From contig NW_021834835.1 in the NCBI RefSeq assembly GCF_006345805.1, positions 1-44,463 on the forward strand: DNA of 44,463 nt, read 5' to 3'. Numbering within the stretch: position 1 is the first letter of the stretch; each line of letters opens with the position of its first letter. Shown piece after piece: positions 1 to 11,599 of this stretch. A program made the position numbers and the translations under genes. This stretch comes from Octopus sinensis (taxonomy: Eukaryota). Under the pieces are notes generated by a model. It made no database searches. It had not been told where the DNA came from and saw nothing but the letters and a program-made list of their open reading frames with translations.

Positions 1-169
1 GTGTGTGTACGCCTGTGTACGCATGTGTGGGTGCGTGAATGCGCGCATGCGCGAGCGTGTGTGCGTGTGTGCACGTTGCTCGTGCGAGTATGTGTGCGTG
101 CGTATGCGTGTATGTGTATGCTGGTGTATGTGCATGCTGGTGTATGTACGTACGCGTGTGCTCGTGTGT

Positions 170-220
<51 letters not shown>

Positions 221-226
221 CGTGTA
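1..226. repeat. Compound (TG)n/(GC)n microsatellite
   Basis: Visible dinucleotide runs; overlapping CV/HT-type ORFs are artefacts. Confidence 0.95.
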
Positions 227-662
227 GGGTTGCGATCCACATCGGTCACGTGACATGAATCGATTCGTTGCTGCGTTGTTTCTGCTCACCCCGATAACAT
301 GCAAGCCTAAACCGTGGAACATCTACCCCCTTTTTTTCTCTAACAACTCCCCCCCCCACCCACCACCACCACCCGCTACATCCCCACCCGCCACCCTGTT
401 ATCTCCCTATCCATTCACTTTCTATTCCCATCAATATTCCGGGTGCGCGGAGTGGTGAGTGGGGGAGAGTAGGAAGGCAGGAGAGGGAGGTTACGCTGCC
501 ATTTACAATGCGGCCCACTAACTCAAACTAGCTGACAGTTGGAATTGAACTTTCACCGTTTCAGTGCTTATAAGCAAAACATCTCCACAACAGCTAACTC
601 TACACAAACAGCCCAAAATATTCGGCTTAGCATCTGATATCCTGGTGACACGGATATCTTAT

Positions 663-705
<43 letters not shown>

Positions 706-714
706 TGACGTATA

Positions 715-846
715 TTTGCCATTTGAATATGGCTAACCCCTAAGGGTGGATGCTACTGTAGTTTGTAGCCCCAGGAGGACACCTCCAAATATACGTCACG
801 ATGTGTTGCTGCTACTCTTTATAACTCGCTCTGAGATTTATCATTG
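715..846 (-). mobile_element. Internal fragment of the Helitron-like family seen at 24576-24955
   Basis: gccatttgaatatggctaacc...tgctactgtag...ctgagatttatca resembles gccatctcaatatggctaacc...tgttactgtag...ctgagatttaata at ~24656-24722. Confidence 0.5.
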
Positions 847-914
847 TTATATATATATATATATATACACATACACACACACACATATATATATATACAT
901 ATATATATATATAT

Positions 915-961
<47 letters not shown>

Positions 962-981
962 GTATTCTTTTATTCTTGTAT

Positions 982-1129
982 TCTTTTACTCGCTTCAGTC
1001 ATTTGACTGTGGCCATGCTGGAGCACAGCCTTAAAGAGTTTAAGTCGAATAAACCGACACCAGGACTTATTCCTTGTAAGCCTAGTACTTATTCTCTCGG
1101 TATCTTTTGCTTTTGCCGAACCGCTAAGT
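982..1129 (-). mobile_element. SINE family A, 3' part
   Basis: ttcagtcatttgactgtggccatgctggagcac...cctagtacttattct...gccgaaccgctaagt, shared with the full copies at 6622, 14098, 16518 and 20502. Confidence 0.85.
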
Positions 1130-1800
1130 GATAAATGTGGCAAAGAAATAAATGAGATACTTACTCATACCCATGGGAGAAGCAAAACACTAAGTCATGA
1201 GCACAATTAAGTACCCCAAATACATCCAAAATAGAAATACTCCAGCCCATTCAAGACACGTGCGATTTGAACTGAGGCACTCACAGAGTGGGAGAGTCCG
1301 GAAGTGAACACTATTAAATATATATTTAATGTAGGATAAAAATTTTCGAAAAAAATTTTTATCAATGGTCAGCATATTAAAAAATACCTTTAAAGGTTAA
1401 AATTATAAACAACTTATAAATAAGGGCAAACGAAAAATTTCTAATGCCAAATATGTCGAAAATTGGACAGATTGTCCACAACCATGAATGGGCCGGAGTA
1501 TTTCTATTTTGGATGTATTTGGGGTACTTAATTGTGCTCATGACTTAGTGTTTTGCTTCTCCCATGGGTATGAGTAAGTATCTCATTTATTTCTTTGCCA
1601 CATTTATCGCTGACGAAGGGAGGGTTCTTACGAACTAACCCTGAAATCGGTCCGATATGGTAATAATGGAATTTTTTAGAAATTTCTGTCGGCTTTTTTT
1701 CGAGTAGCGTGCCGTATTGGGAAAAATATATGGTTATGGACAATATGTCCAATTTTCGGCATATTGGCATTAGGAAATTTTTTCGTTTGCCCTACTTTAT
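1130..1800. repeat. Hammerhead-containing ~469-bp repeat family, rearranged as an inverted pair (minus copy 1130-1485, plus copy 1486-1800)
   Basis: Segments match the unit at 24988-25612 (ccatgggtatgagtaagta, cctttaaagg, gtgaacactatt, ggcatatt(t)ggcattag). Confidence 0.85.
1605..1657 (+). ncRNA. Minimal type I hammerhead ribozyme with short helix III
   Basis: Stem I TATCG/CGATA; core CTGACGA (1610-1616); stem II AGGG/CCCT; GAAA (1643-1646); self-complementary ATCGGT helix III; GUC triplet, predicted cleavage after 1652. Confidence 0.75.
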
Positions 1801-1838
1801 TTATAAGTATATATTATATATATATCATATAATATAAT

Positions 1839-1872
1839 CTTTTACTTGTTTCAGTCATTTAACTGCGGCCAT
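1839..1872 (-). mobile_element. SINE family A tail fragment
   Basis: cttttacttgtttcagtcatttaactgcggccat. Confidence 0.75.
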
Positions 1873-2180
1873 ATATAGATCTTAAGGTAGTATATGGAGA
1901 TCTTAGGGTGGTATATATATATATAGATCTTAGCATAGTATATATAGATGTTAGGGTGGTATATATAGATCTTAGGGCGGTATATATAGATCTTAGAGGG
2001 GTATATATAGATCTTAGAGTGGTATATGGAGATCTTAGGGTGGTATATATAGACCTTAGGGCGGTATATATAGATCTTAGCGTACTATGTATAGATCTTA
2101 GGGTAGTATATATAGATCTTAGATGGGTAAATATAGATCTTAGGGTGGTGTATATAGATCTTAGGGTGGTATATATAGAT
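1873..2180. repeat. 21-bp minisatellite (gatcttagggtggtatatata), about 14-15 copies
   Basis: Tandem units visible; produce the LRSIYTT heptad pseudo-ORF. Confidence 0.92.
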
Positions 2181-2734
2181 TTTTTCTGAACTGTCTTAAG
2201 GTTATAGAGGCGTGTCTGCTTGTTCAGTGAGCAGTCATTGAAAACTGAACTTGGAGGGTGGCTGGGTAGCATATTGAGAAGATGTGGAGGTAAAAAGGGT
2301 ACTGTGTAAAAGGATACATTGACAAAGAACCTTAGTTTCCTGGACGTTAATTGTTAAGCATATTCGTCTACTAAGATGGTACCCCGTGGGGTTTCAGGGG
2401 TGTAAGCAATCGGAGCATACTTTTCCGTTCGCTGTAGTTCGGTGATCTGTTCATAGCAGTGCTTGGTGGTGGTTTGCACACATGTAGACATCTTCGCCAT
2501 AAACACACACACACACACACACACACACACCGACACATACACACACGTACACACACACACACACACACACACAAGCGCAAACACACACACACATGCACTC
2601 TATTATTTACTGCTAATCAATATGTGGTATGATTAATAATTTGCTTACTTCTTATGCGGGACAAATATTGTTTGTTCTGCTGTAGTCTGGCAGATTCTGC
2701 TGAATTCTGCCAAGCACCAACAGCAATAGCAACA

Positions 2735-2832
2735 ACGAAAACAACAATAACAACAACAACAACAACGACGAAGGCAACAATAACAACATCAACAATGAAG
2801 GCAGCAATATCAACAACAACAACAACAACAGC
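2735..2832. repeat. (CAA)n-rich trinucleotide repeat
   Basis: Visible repeat; poly-T/V/L ORFs are artefacts. Confidence 0.85.
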
Positions 2833-3039
2833 TGCAGAATGCGACTTTGCCATCTCCACATGGTGCCAAATAGATTTGCCCGTCAGCTCTCCTAGAAAAC
2901 AAAACGATTCCAGAATCCAGTATAAAGTTCTTTAACGATTTCATTTTCCTAACATAATCTACGGGATCGGTGCTCTTTCGTATAACCGTATGATTCAGAA
3001 GTTTGCTCTTCGCAACCACGAAGCTCCAGGTCCTGTTTC

Positions 3040-3125
3040 CACTGCGCAACGCTTTGGGTAAGTATCTTCTATCATAGCCTTGGGCCGGTCAATACAATGC
3101 GGATGAAATTTGGTAAGTGGAAACT
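3040..3125 (+). mobile_element. Degenerate SINE family A 5' fragment
   Basis: ccactgcgcaacgctttgggtaagtatcttctatcatagccttgggccgg resembles the family A consensus. Confidence 0.6.
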
Positions 3126-3449
3126 ATGTTGAATCCCAACATACACGCGCACATATATATATAGGTGCTGATGACGTTTATAGAAGCAGAAACACATGTC
3201 GTCTTGGTCTCTAGATAAGCAAACTATAATTTCATCAGTGGCATGTCAGTGTTAGAGAATATTCTAAAGATTATCTTCCCTTCTTATTTAGAGTTGATCC
3301 TAATTGCCCCCAAGCGATTGTTCTACCTTTGCTGGAAGCGGAGATGTTTTCAATAAATCAAAAATCTATCTTATATGGTGTTTAATATACCTTTATTCAT
3401 GCCATACTCGTCCGTTTCTCTTAGCACATTATTGTTTCTTATATATATA

Positions 3450-3504
<55 letters not shown>

Positions 3505-3875
3505 TGTTTCGTTCTAGAAACTTCAGCCAAATCTCAGTTAAATCACTCTCTGCCATATTAACAAAAATAGTGGAAGTAAACGTTGAAGAATTGTAATCTT
3601 GTATGTACCACAAAAAAAAAAACCGAATTACCATTATAGGAATTCCTATTTTTAATCTTTAACTACTTCAGATACACTGGTCTCTAAGGGTCCTTAAAGG
3701 TTCTTGGAGACACAACCTCATCTTGAAAATTAGCTCTACTTCACCAGGAATTAAACATCCTTAGTCTTTCCCCCAGCCCTGGCCCCACATTAATTTCTGC
3801 TGCCAGTCCTTTCACCACATGACATTCTGGAACCCCACCCTCCCGTTTACCTTTTGCCTGCAAGTGTCAACTTAC

Positions 3876-3936
3876 TGGCGTTTAAACGAAACATTAGTGA
3901 CATAGGCCTCTATAGGCTTTAAACCTTGTCCGTTTC
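3876..3936 (-). CDS. Candidate exon (ETDKV* if spliced in phase 0 to 4006-4085; alternative frame xNGQGLKPIEAYVTNVSFKR)
   Basis: Acceptor ttttattttgttttgcag and donor GTAAGT; 69-nt intron to the upstream candidate exon; product unrecognised. Confidence 0.35.
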
Positions 3937-4005
3937 CTGCAAAACAAAATAAAAAACCCAAAAATTCTTTAGATTTCTCATCGTATGTAATTCTAATTCC
4001 TTTAC

Positions 4006-4085
4006 CATCTTCTGGGCGATCTCCTTATAGCAGAAATCATAACAACCATCATGAAAAAACATAAGAAATGTCATATCATTTGTTA
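4006..4085 (-). CDS. Candidate 80-nt coding exon, xTNDMTFLMFFHDGCYDFCYKEIAQKM
   Basis: Acceptor ttttgtctcactgcttgcag, donor GTAAAG, one open frame, non-repetitive context. Confidence 0.4.
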
Positions 4086-5119
4086 CTGCAAGCAGTGAGA
4101 CAAAAATAATTTATATTACATGGCAGAGAATTATTAATTAACTTCATCTATAATATAAATTGGACATGGGCGATCGTTGTATTCTTTCTTGTCTTGAGGT
4201 TCACAGCCAAACAGCTGGGTGGATTCACATGAAGAATGGCACACATGTGGAGACGGGTGCATAGATTGGAATGCAGTTTGTATTTTTTTCCTAACCCCCA
4301 TACTTAGCGAGAAAATCGATTAAAACTTTTCTAATGGAATTTCCCTCTTTCTTCTGCCATTAAAACAACCAGTTGCTTAGAAGCTGTTTTCTGACGGGAT
4401 GGGGTCAGGGAATTTTCATATAGCTGGAGGCACCAATCGAAACAGAGGACCTGAAATGATGAGGTTGACAAACGCTGCTATAGATTATGCCTAACCGAAA
4501 ACGATCACAGCCACATCATCCAAACAGACCGGGTGGAACCGGGCTCAGCTGCTAGTACACAATAAAAACATCATAGTCACGGAAGTTCAGAAAAACTTCG
4601 AGAGTTTGTATTTTTTATCGTCACTGATTCCTGTAGTGTTTATCTGTAAACCATATCTTTATACATGGGGTGTACAGACAACATTGGACATACATGAACG
4701 AGGATATGTGTAACAAAGGAACACACGCAAAGGTTTTGTGCAGATCATTCATTTCTACGAACCAAGTCCTGAAAAATGAAAGGATTTTTTTTTACCTTTC
4801 CAGCTGAACGTTTGAAAGAACATGAAAAGCAAAAACAGAATAAAAAAATGTTTTCTTCTTGATTTCCAAGTCTAAATTAAACCCCAAGACATTTTATCGT
4901 TATTTGTTGACTCTGATTATAGTTTTTCTCTTGGTGTTGTTTGCGAAATGTCATAAAATGTCATTTAAGCTTTAAAACAAAAAAGCTCAGAGAGAAAGAA
5001 ATTAAATGCATCCTAAATTATCTTTTTACATTGACACAAAAGTCATAAATGCATAGGGAAGAATATAAAGAGGAATCATAGGGAGGGAATATGTGCAGAA
5101 AGTTTATCCGTTTGATTGA

Positions 5120-5465
5120 TACTTATCGATACTGGATCGGCAGGGAAAAATACAAAGTCGGGTTTGGTACGATTTGAACTCAGAATATGATGAATACGTA
5201 ACAAAGTATTTCAGGATATTTCGTCAGATGTCCAACATGCTGTTCCTACTGTGCATTTAAAAAAGATGTACCATTGATTATAATCAGCTGTCCGCTAGGG
5301 GACGCCACGTCTTTTTAGTTTCTGCTTTTAATGTGGTGAAGTGGTTGAGCCGTTAGAGTGTCGGATGGACTGTCGTGCGGTGGTCATTTCGGGCCTCAAT
5401 TACCACTGTGGTCAGTTTTGTCTTTCATCCCTTCAGGTTCGATAATACCCGTCAAGTACTAGCCA
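5120..5465. mobile_element. Two heavily decayed SINE family B remnants (minus ~5120-5240, plus ~5335-5465)
   Basis: gatttgaactcagaa and gtctttcatcccttcaggttcgataa resemble the family B copies at 26457-27020. Confidence 0.5.
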
Positions 5466-5467
5466 TT

Positions 5468-5535
<68 letters not shown>

Positions 5536-5552
5536 TATTATATATATATATA
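5466..5552. repeat. (TTTC)n plus (TA)n microsatellite
   Basis: Visible. Confidence 0.95.
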
Positions 5553-5616
5553 TACTACGTTTTAAATATTTGTTGTGCAAGATTTTTATGTGAAAGTCGT
5601 GGTGGTGTTGAAACAG

Positions 5617-5878
5617 ATATTGTTATATTTCGGAATGGTCATATTGCCAGTTAGCCAATAAAAACACACGCACTATATATTTGGTGTTATTTACTTAAGA
5701 AAGAAGAAAACAAAGGACCACTGATGCGGTCACAGGAGTGTGACGAAAGAACTCTGGCCGAAATAAGATTAAGATTAATGTAAAAAAATAAATAACACTG
5801 AAGCAAAAAACACCAAATATATAGTGCGTGTGTTTTATTGGCTAAACTGGCAATATGACCATTCCGAAATAACAATAT
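5617..5878. repeat. Inverted repeat, arms ~70 bp (5617-5688 and 5809-5878)
   Basis: atattgttat..ttcggaatggtcatattgccag..tagccaataaaa.cacacgcactatatatttggtgtt and its reverse complement, differing by small indels. Confidence 0.9.
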
Positions 5879-5933
5879 ATATATATATATATATATATTA
5901 ATATTATAATATATTATATATATATATATATTC

Positions 5934-6107
5934 ACAGACAACGGGTGAACCCGTGCAGTTGCCGAGTGGTAGCCAAGAAATCGGAAAAGGCGCTTTGGGA
6001 GGCCTCCACGACGATGGGAAGATTTACTTAAGCAATTTGGGACAAGGTGGAAAAGAATAGCGCATGAAAGACATAATTGGAAGCGCATTGTCACCAGCGG
6101 GGTATAA
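5934..6107 (+). mobile_element. RTE-clade LINE, decayed C-terminal ORF fragment
   Basis: Translates TDNG*TRAVAEW*PRNRKRRFGRPPRRWEDLLKQFGTRWKRIAHERHNWK, matching the RTE-type W.PR..KR..GRP..RW.D motif. Confidence 0.75.
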
Positions 6108-6465
6108 CATCTGATACTGTGATATGTATATATGCATATGTAAATAAACGCACACACACACACAGACGAATAAAGGGAAATTCTAGATTTATTGAAACTA
6201 TCTTTGGAGAAAAACGTGGACAAATGGCTAGAAGCAACTGCAACGAAACCTGAATGAGAAGGGGAGGTAATCTCCTAAATCAAATATTCTCTGGAATTGA
6301 CATGCATTTAAGAAAGCAAAAACAGCGTATTCCTTTTTGTGACAAGAGGACGGCTATGGACAAGAGTTTCTTGTTCGAAAGGTATCATCAGTGTAACAGT
6401 AGAGCTAGATCATTAACTCCGGCCAAACAAAACTAAGATGTACCAAAAGAATGAGTGTAAACATG

Positions 6466-6572
<107 letters not shown>

Positions 6573-6621
6573 TATATACATACATATATATATACATACA
6601 TATATATATGTATGTGTGTGT

Positions 6622-6974
6622 GTATCTTTTATCTTTTACTTGTTTCAGTCATTCGACTGCGGCCAGGCTGGGTCACCGCCTCGGGAAGTTTAGTTGAGCA
6701 AATCGACTCTAGTACTTATATTTTTAAAGCCTGGTACTCAACCGATCTCTTTTGCCGAGGGGACGTAAACACACGAACACACACACACACACACACAAGC
6801 AAACATACATGCATACATACTTCGGGCTTCTTTCAGTTTCCATCTACGAATCCACTCGCAAAGCTTTGGTTGGCCCGAGGCTAGAGTAGAAGACACTTGC
6901 CCAAGTGCCACGCTGTGGACTGAACCCAGAACCATATGGTTGGAAAGCAAACTCCTTACCACACAGCCACACCG
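6622..6974 (-). mobile_element. SINE family A, near full length, tRNA-like head with internal (CA)n
   Basis: Head gtggctgtgtggtaagg...gggttcagtccacag (A/B-box-like), body gggcaagtgtcttctac...gaaactgaaagaagcccg, tail gactgaaacaagtaaaaga. Confidence 0.9.
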
Positions 6975-6978
6975 AAAT

Positions 6979-7028
<50 letters not shown>

Positions 7029-7229
7029 TATATGGCATGCATGTATGTATCTCTCTCCCTCTCTCTCTATATATGCATTAATAATAATAATAATGATAAT
7101 ATATATATGTATAAATATATATAATGTATATACATATATATATATTTAAATTTATATATATATATTATTTATATTCTATATATACACACGCACACATATA
7201 TTAATAATATATATAACTGTGCATGTTAG

Positions 7230-9845
7230 CATGTTAAAAATCAATCAACATGCATAGAAGTAGGAGGTTGACGCAAGGAGAAGTGAGAGGCTGAGTATAG
7301 AGAGAGAGAGAGAAAGAGGAAGAGAAACAGAGAGAGAGAGGGAGAGAAAGAGACGGAGAAAAAGGGAGAGCGAGGGAGAGAGAATGAGTAAGAGGACGAG
7401 TGGTAAAGGAGGGCGAGTGATAAAACAGAAATTGATGAGAGGAGTAGGGAGAGTAGGTTCCGCTGAGAACATGCCGAGATATCGTTTGTGTGTGTGTGTA
7501 CGTATGTGTGTGCATGTGTATTGTGTGTGTATGTGTATGTATTTATGTATGTATGTATGTAATGTATGTATGTATTATGTATGTATGTATACATGTTCGT
7601 GTCTATATACAATGTGTGTATATATATATCAATGTGTGTGTGCGTGTTGGTGTGTGCTTGTGCATGTGTATGTGTGTATGTGTGTGTATGTCTTTATGTA
7701 TGTATACATGTGCGTATCTATATACAATGTGTATATATACATATATATATCAATGTGTGCGTGCGTGTTGGTGTGAGCGTGCGCGTGCGTGTGTGTGTGC
7801 TTATGTCTACGTATGCTTACGTAAGAGCACATTCGATTTTATAAGTATGTGGGAGTGTGTGTGTGTGTGTGTGTGTGTGTTTGTGTGTGTCTGTATCCAC
7901 CTATACGTGCGCTCAAACTTCTCTGTGCTTGTGTGCGCACGCGCTATATTATGCATGCTTGTGTGTGTTTGTGTGTGTGCGTGTATCCCTGTCAGTATGC
8001 GTGAGTTTCTGCTCGTGTGTGCTCGTGTGTGCGCGCGCATTTGTGTATGTGTATGTATATATGTATGTATAGATATCTGTGCATGTTTGTATGTACTCTC
8101 GTACTCACTTTCGCATGCATGCGTTTGTGAACGTGCACGAGTGTATGTGTGCGTGCGTACGCTGATATAACAGCGTACGCACGCACGCCGTTATAAACAT
8201 GCGCGCATGCGACTATGCACGTCAATATTTAATATGTATGTGAGTGTGTGTGTGTGTATGAGTACTCATGTACTCACTTTAGCATGCATGGTTGTGTGTG
8301 TGTTTGTATGTGTGTGTGTGTGTGTGTGCATTTTACTGAGAAAGTCTGCATGTGTTGCAATGATTGCATGCATGCACTCGCATGTGAGTACGAATTATGT
8401 AAGAGCGATCTGCATGTATGCAAATTGCGTTCTGGCGTACGTGCGCGTGTGCATGTGTGCATGTGTGTGTGTACGTGTGCGAGTGCACGCGCGCAACGTG
8501 TGTGTACGAAGGTCTAATTGCCTGCGCCTCTACATGTGTATGTATGTATATGTGTATGCACGTTTGTGTGTGTGCGTTTGTGTGTGTGTGTGTGTGTGTG
8601 TGACTGCAAGCATGCATGTTCGGTGAACGACCGCAGAGAAAGTGTGTCACCTACATGGCTGCCTCTATACACTTGTGTGTTTGTGTTTATTAATGTATGT
8701 GTGTGTGTGTGTGTGTGTGTGTATGGCAATGTATGAATGTGTGATTGTGTATGTCTGAGTGTTAGACGTTAGTGCATGTGCGTATGACTGTGTATGTATG
8801 TGTAGTGATGCGCGCTTGTGTGCACGTGTAAGACAATTGTGTACGTGAGTGTGTGCGTGTGTGAGTGTGCGTGTATAAACGGTTATATATGAATGTGTGA
8901 TTGTGTATGTCTGAGTGTTATATGTTACTGTGTGTGCGTGTTTGTATGACAGTATGTGTGTGTGTAGATATGTGCGTTTTTGCTCATGTGCATAATTGTG
9001 TGTGTGTGTGTGTGTGTTATGTGTGTGTTATGTGTATGTTATGTAATTGTGTGTGTGTGTTATGTGTATGTTATGTAATTGTGTGTGTGTGTGTTTGTTA
9101 TGTGTGTGTTATGTGTATGTTATGTAATTGTGTCTGTATGTGTGTTTATGTGTGTGCAGGTGCATGACAATGTGTGATGTGTGTGTATGCGTGTGTGTGT
9201 GTGTGTGTGTGTATGTGTGTGCATGTTCATATATATGTATGTGTGTTTGTAGGTGATGTACCAGCGCATACCCGCAAATGTGTACCCACGTGTATGCGGG
9301 CGTATGAGTGTGCAGCAACGTTTTGTCGCATGCTATCGTGCGCGTTTGCAATGTACATGAACGCGCGATGTGTGTGCGTGTATGTGTGTATGTGTGTGCG
9401 CGCGCGCGCGTGTGTGTGTTTCTAAGTATGTGTATTCACATGCCTTATTTTTGTAGGGTGTGTTCGTGCACGTACCCGCCCGTGTACGCGCATCTACATG
9501 CGAGTATGTATACGTGTGTGCGTTTGCGCGGCAACATTTTGGCGCATGCTAACGTAACGTGCTTGTGATTGTGCATGCGTGCGTGCGCGTGTATGTGCGC
9601 GATATGCGTGTGTGTGTGTGCGTGTGTGTGTGAGTGTGTGTGCGTGCGTGTGTGCGTGTGTGTTTGATCGTGTGAACGCGTGCGCGCGCGCGAATGCATG
9701 CCAGCGATAATCGATAGTGTTGAGGGTAGCTAACTAATATGAATGCAGCCTGTTCGATCAGTTCCTTGATGCAGCAAGAATGCATGTGTTGCATTTGAAC
9801 ATAATAATAATATAACAACAACAACAACAACAACAAATACATTTA
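7230..9845. repeat. Large compound low-complexity block ((GA)n, (TG)n, (TATG)n, degenerate GT/GC repeats, (CAA)n)
   Basis: Visible; all overlapping ORFs are CV/HT/YI repeats. Confidence 0.9.
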
Positions 9846-10139
9846 GCAGACAAAAACACTGCAACCCAGATGCAGACATGCACAGTTGCATGAAACTGTT
9901 TCATTGTGGTTGCTTGTGCTTACTGCTGAAAGGAACGAAATCAATGGATAAGGGTGGCGGTGTGGGATGGGTGGGTGGTGTTGGGGTGGCGGTGGTGTTG
10001 GGGTATGGGGGAGCGAGGATAAGGGTGGCCGGGGTATGAAGGGGGGTGGCAGTATGTTGGCACCCACCCGCTTGTAGTGTAGTAGGATATTGGCTGGGTA
10101 GGTAGAGAGAGGAATCCGCACATATATATATATACATAC

Positions 10140-10705
<566 letters not shown>

Positions 10706-10714
10706 ATGTGATTC

Positions 10715-10930
10715 TACCGCAGCAGGTCATGAGAAGAAAAGCTGCAAAATATGGCGAATGTCCCTATATCCAGAAACCTTGAAAAGGAGAGCAACACAGA
10801 TGACTCAAATAACGTAAGTTGGACCAGAAACAGAGATATTTGCTCTCACTTTGAAGGAAACGCATTGGCAATACAGCAGCAGGAAATAACCACAAAATAC
10901 CAAATGCACAAAGCGCAACAGATCAAAGTT
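10715..10930 (+). mobile_element. R4/Dong-like non-LTR retrotransposon C-terminal remnant
   Basis: SWTRNRDICSHFEGNALAIQQQEITTKY resembles the EG...AIQ(D/E)Q.I.T.(N/K)Y motif preceding the CCHC finger in R4/Dong ORFs. Confidence 0.55.
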
Positions 10931-11193
10931 TTTCAACCATTTTTAAAAAATTTGCCTATACAACGGTGGTACCCCAGCATGGCCGCAGCCTTCGGGCTGA
11001 AACATTTTTAAGGATTTAAGGATTTATGGTCCCCTTTGATTATTAGTTTGTTCAACTGGACTCCTGTAACCATTCGGTGTTTAAAAAGAAATCCTTTTGT
11101 ATTTTTATTATTAAATGTTATTAGAATTTGTATAAGAAAATTAAGATATTTTATGCATTGTAGAATTATAAGCAAATTTTTTGGGGTGTTCTA

Positions 11194-11486
11194 GGGAGAA
11201 TCATTCTCTTTTAGTGCCTTATTATTTAACACACGCACCGGTTCGATTTCTACTCATTTATTTACTTATTTTTACTAAAATTTTCGTTGCAATTTGCAAC
11301 CTTTTCGATAGTCGTCGACTCTGTCCGTTATCGGAATTGCGTTCTTTGTTTTTCCTTTTAACGGACAGAATCAACGATTATTGAAAAGGTTGCAACGAAA
11401 ATTTTAGTAAAAATAAATAAAACAAATGAGTGGAAATCGGGTGAGTGTGTTAAATTAATAAGGCACTAAAAGATAATGACTCTCCC
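11194..11486. mobile_element. Fold-back MITE-like element with ~135-bp imperfect inverted arms
   Basis: gggagaatcatt..cttttagtgccttatt...actaaaattttcgttgcaa...ctgtccgtta versus taacggacag...ttgcaacgaaaattttagt...aataaggcactaaaag..aatgactctccc. Confidence 0.8.
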
Positions 11487-11599
11487 CAGACACAATAAAA
11501 TATGCTTCAACGCACGTATTCACATAAAGAATCTTGCAAACCAAATACAAAAACGAAATATAAGCAACTTATTGTCCATAAATTTTAACAAAAAAATCT

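Noticed and set aside
245-254. Perfect E-box palindrome GTCACGTGAC
   Set aside because: Isolated 10-mer with no identifiable transcription start or gene nearby
2828-2892. Minus-strand acceptor gttttgttttctag followed by RADGQIYLAPCGDGKVAFC
   Set aside because: Runs into a trinucleotide repeat; no independent support as an exon
3168-3205. CTGATGA...GAAACACATGTC hammerhead-like string
   Set aside because: Stems I and II do not pair; at best a decayed copy
4047-4055. HDGCY resemblance to the secreted PLA2 HDxCY motif
   Set aside because: The preceding CC and the Ca-binding loop are absent; five residues are insufficient
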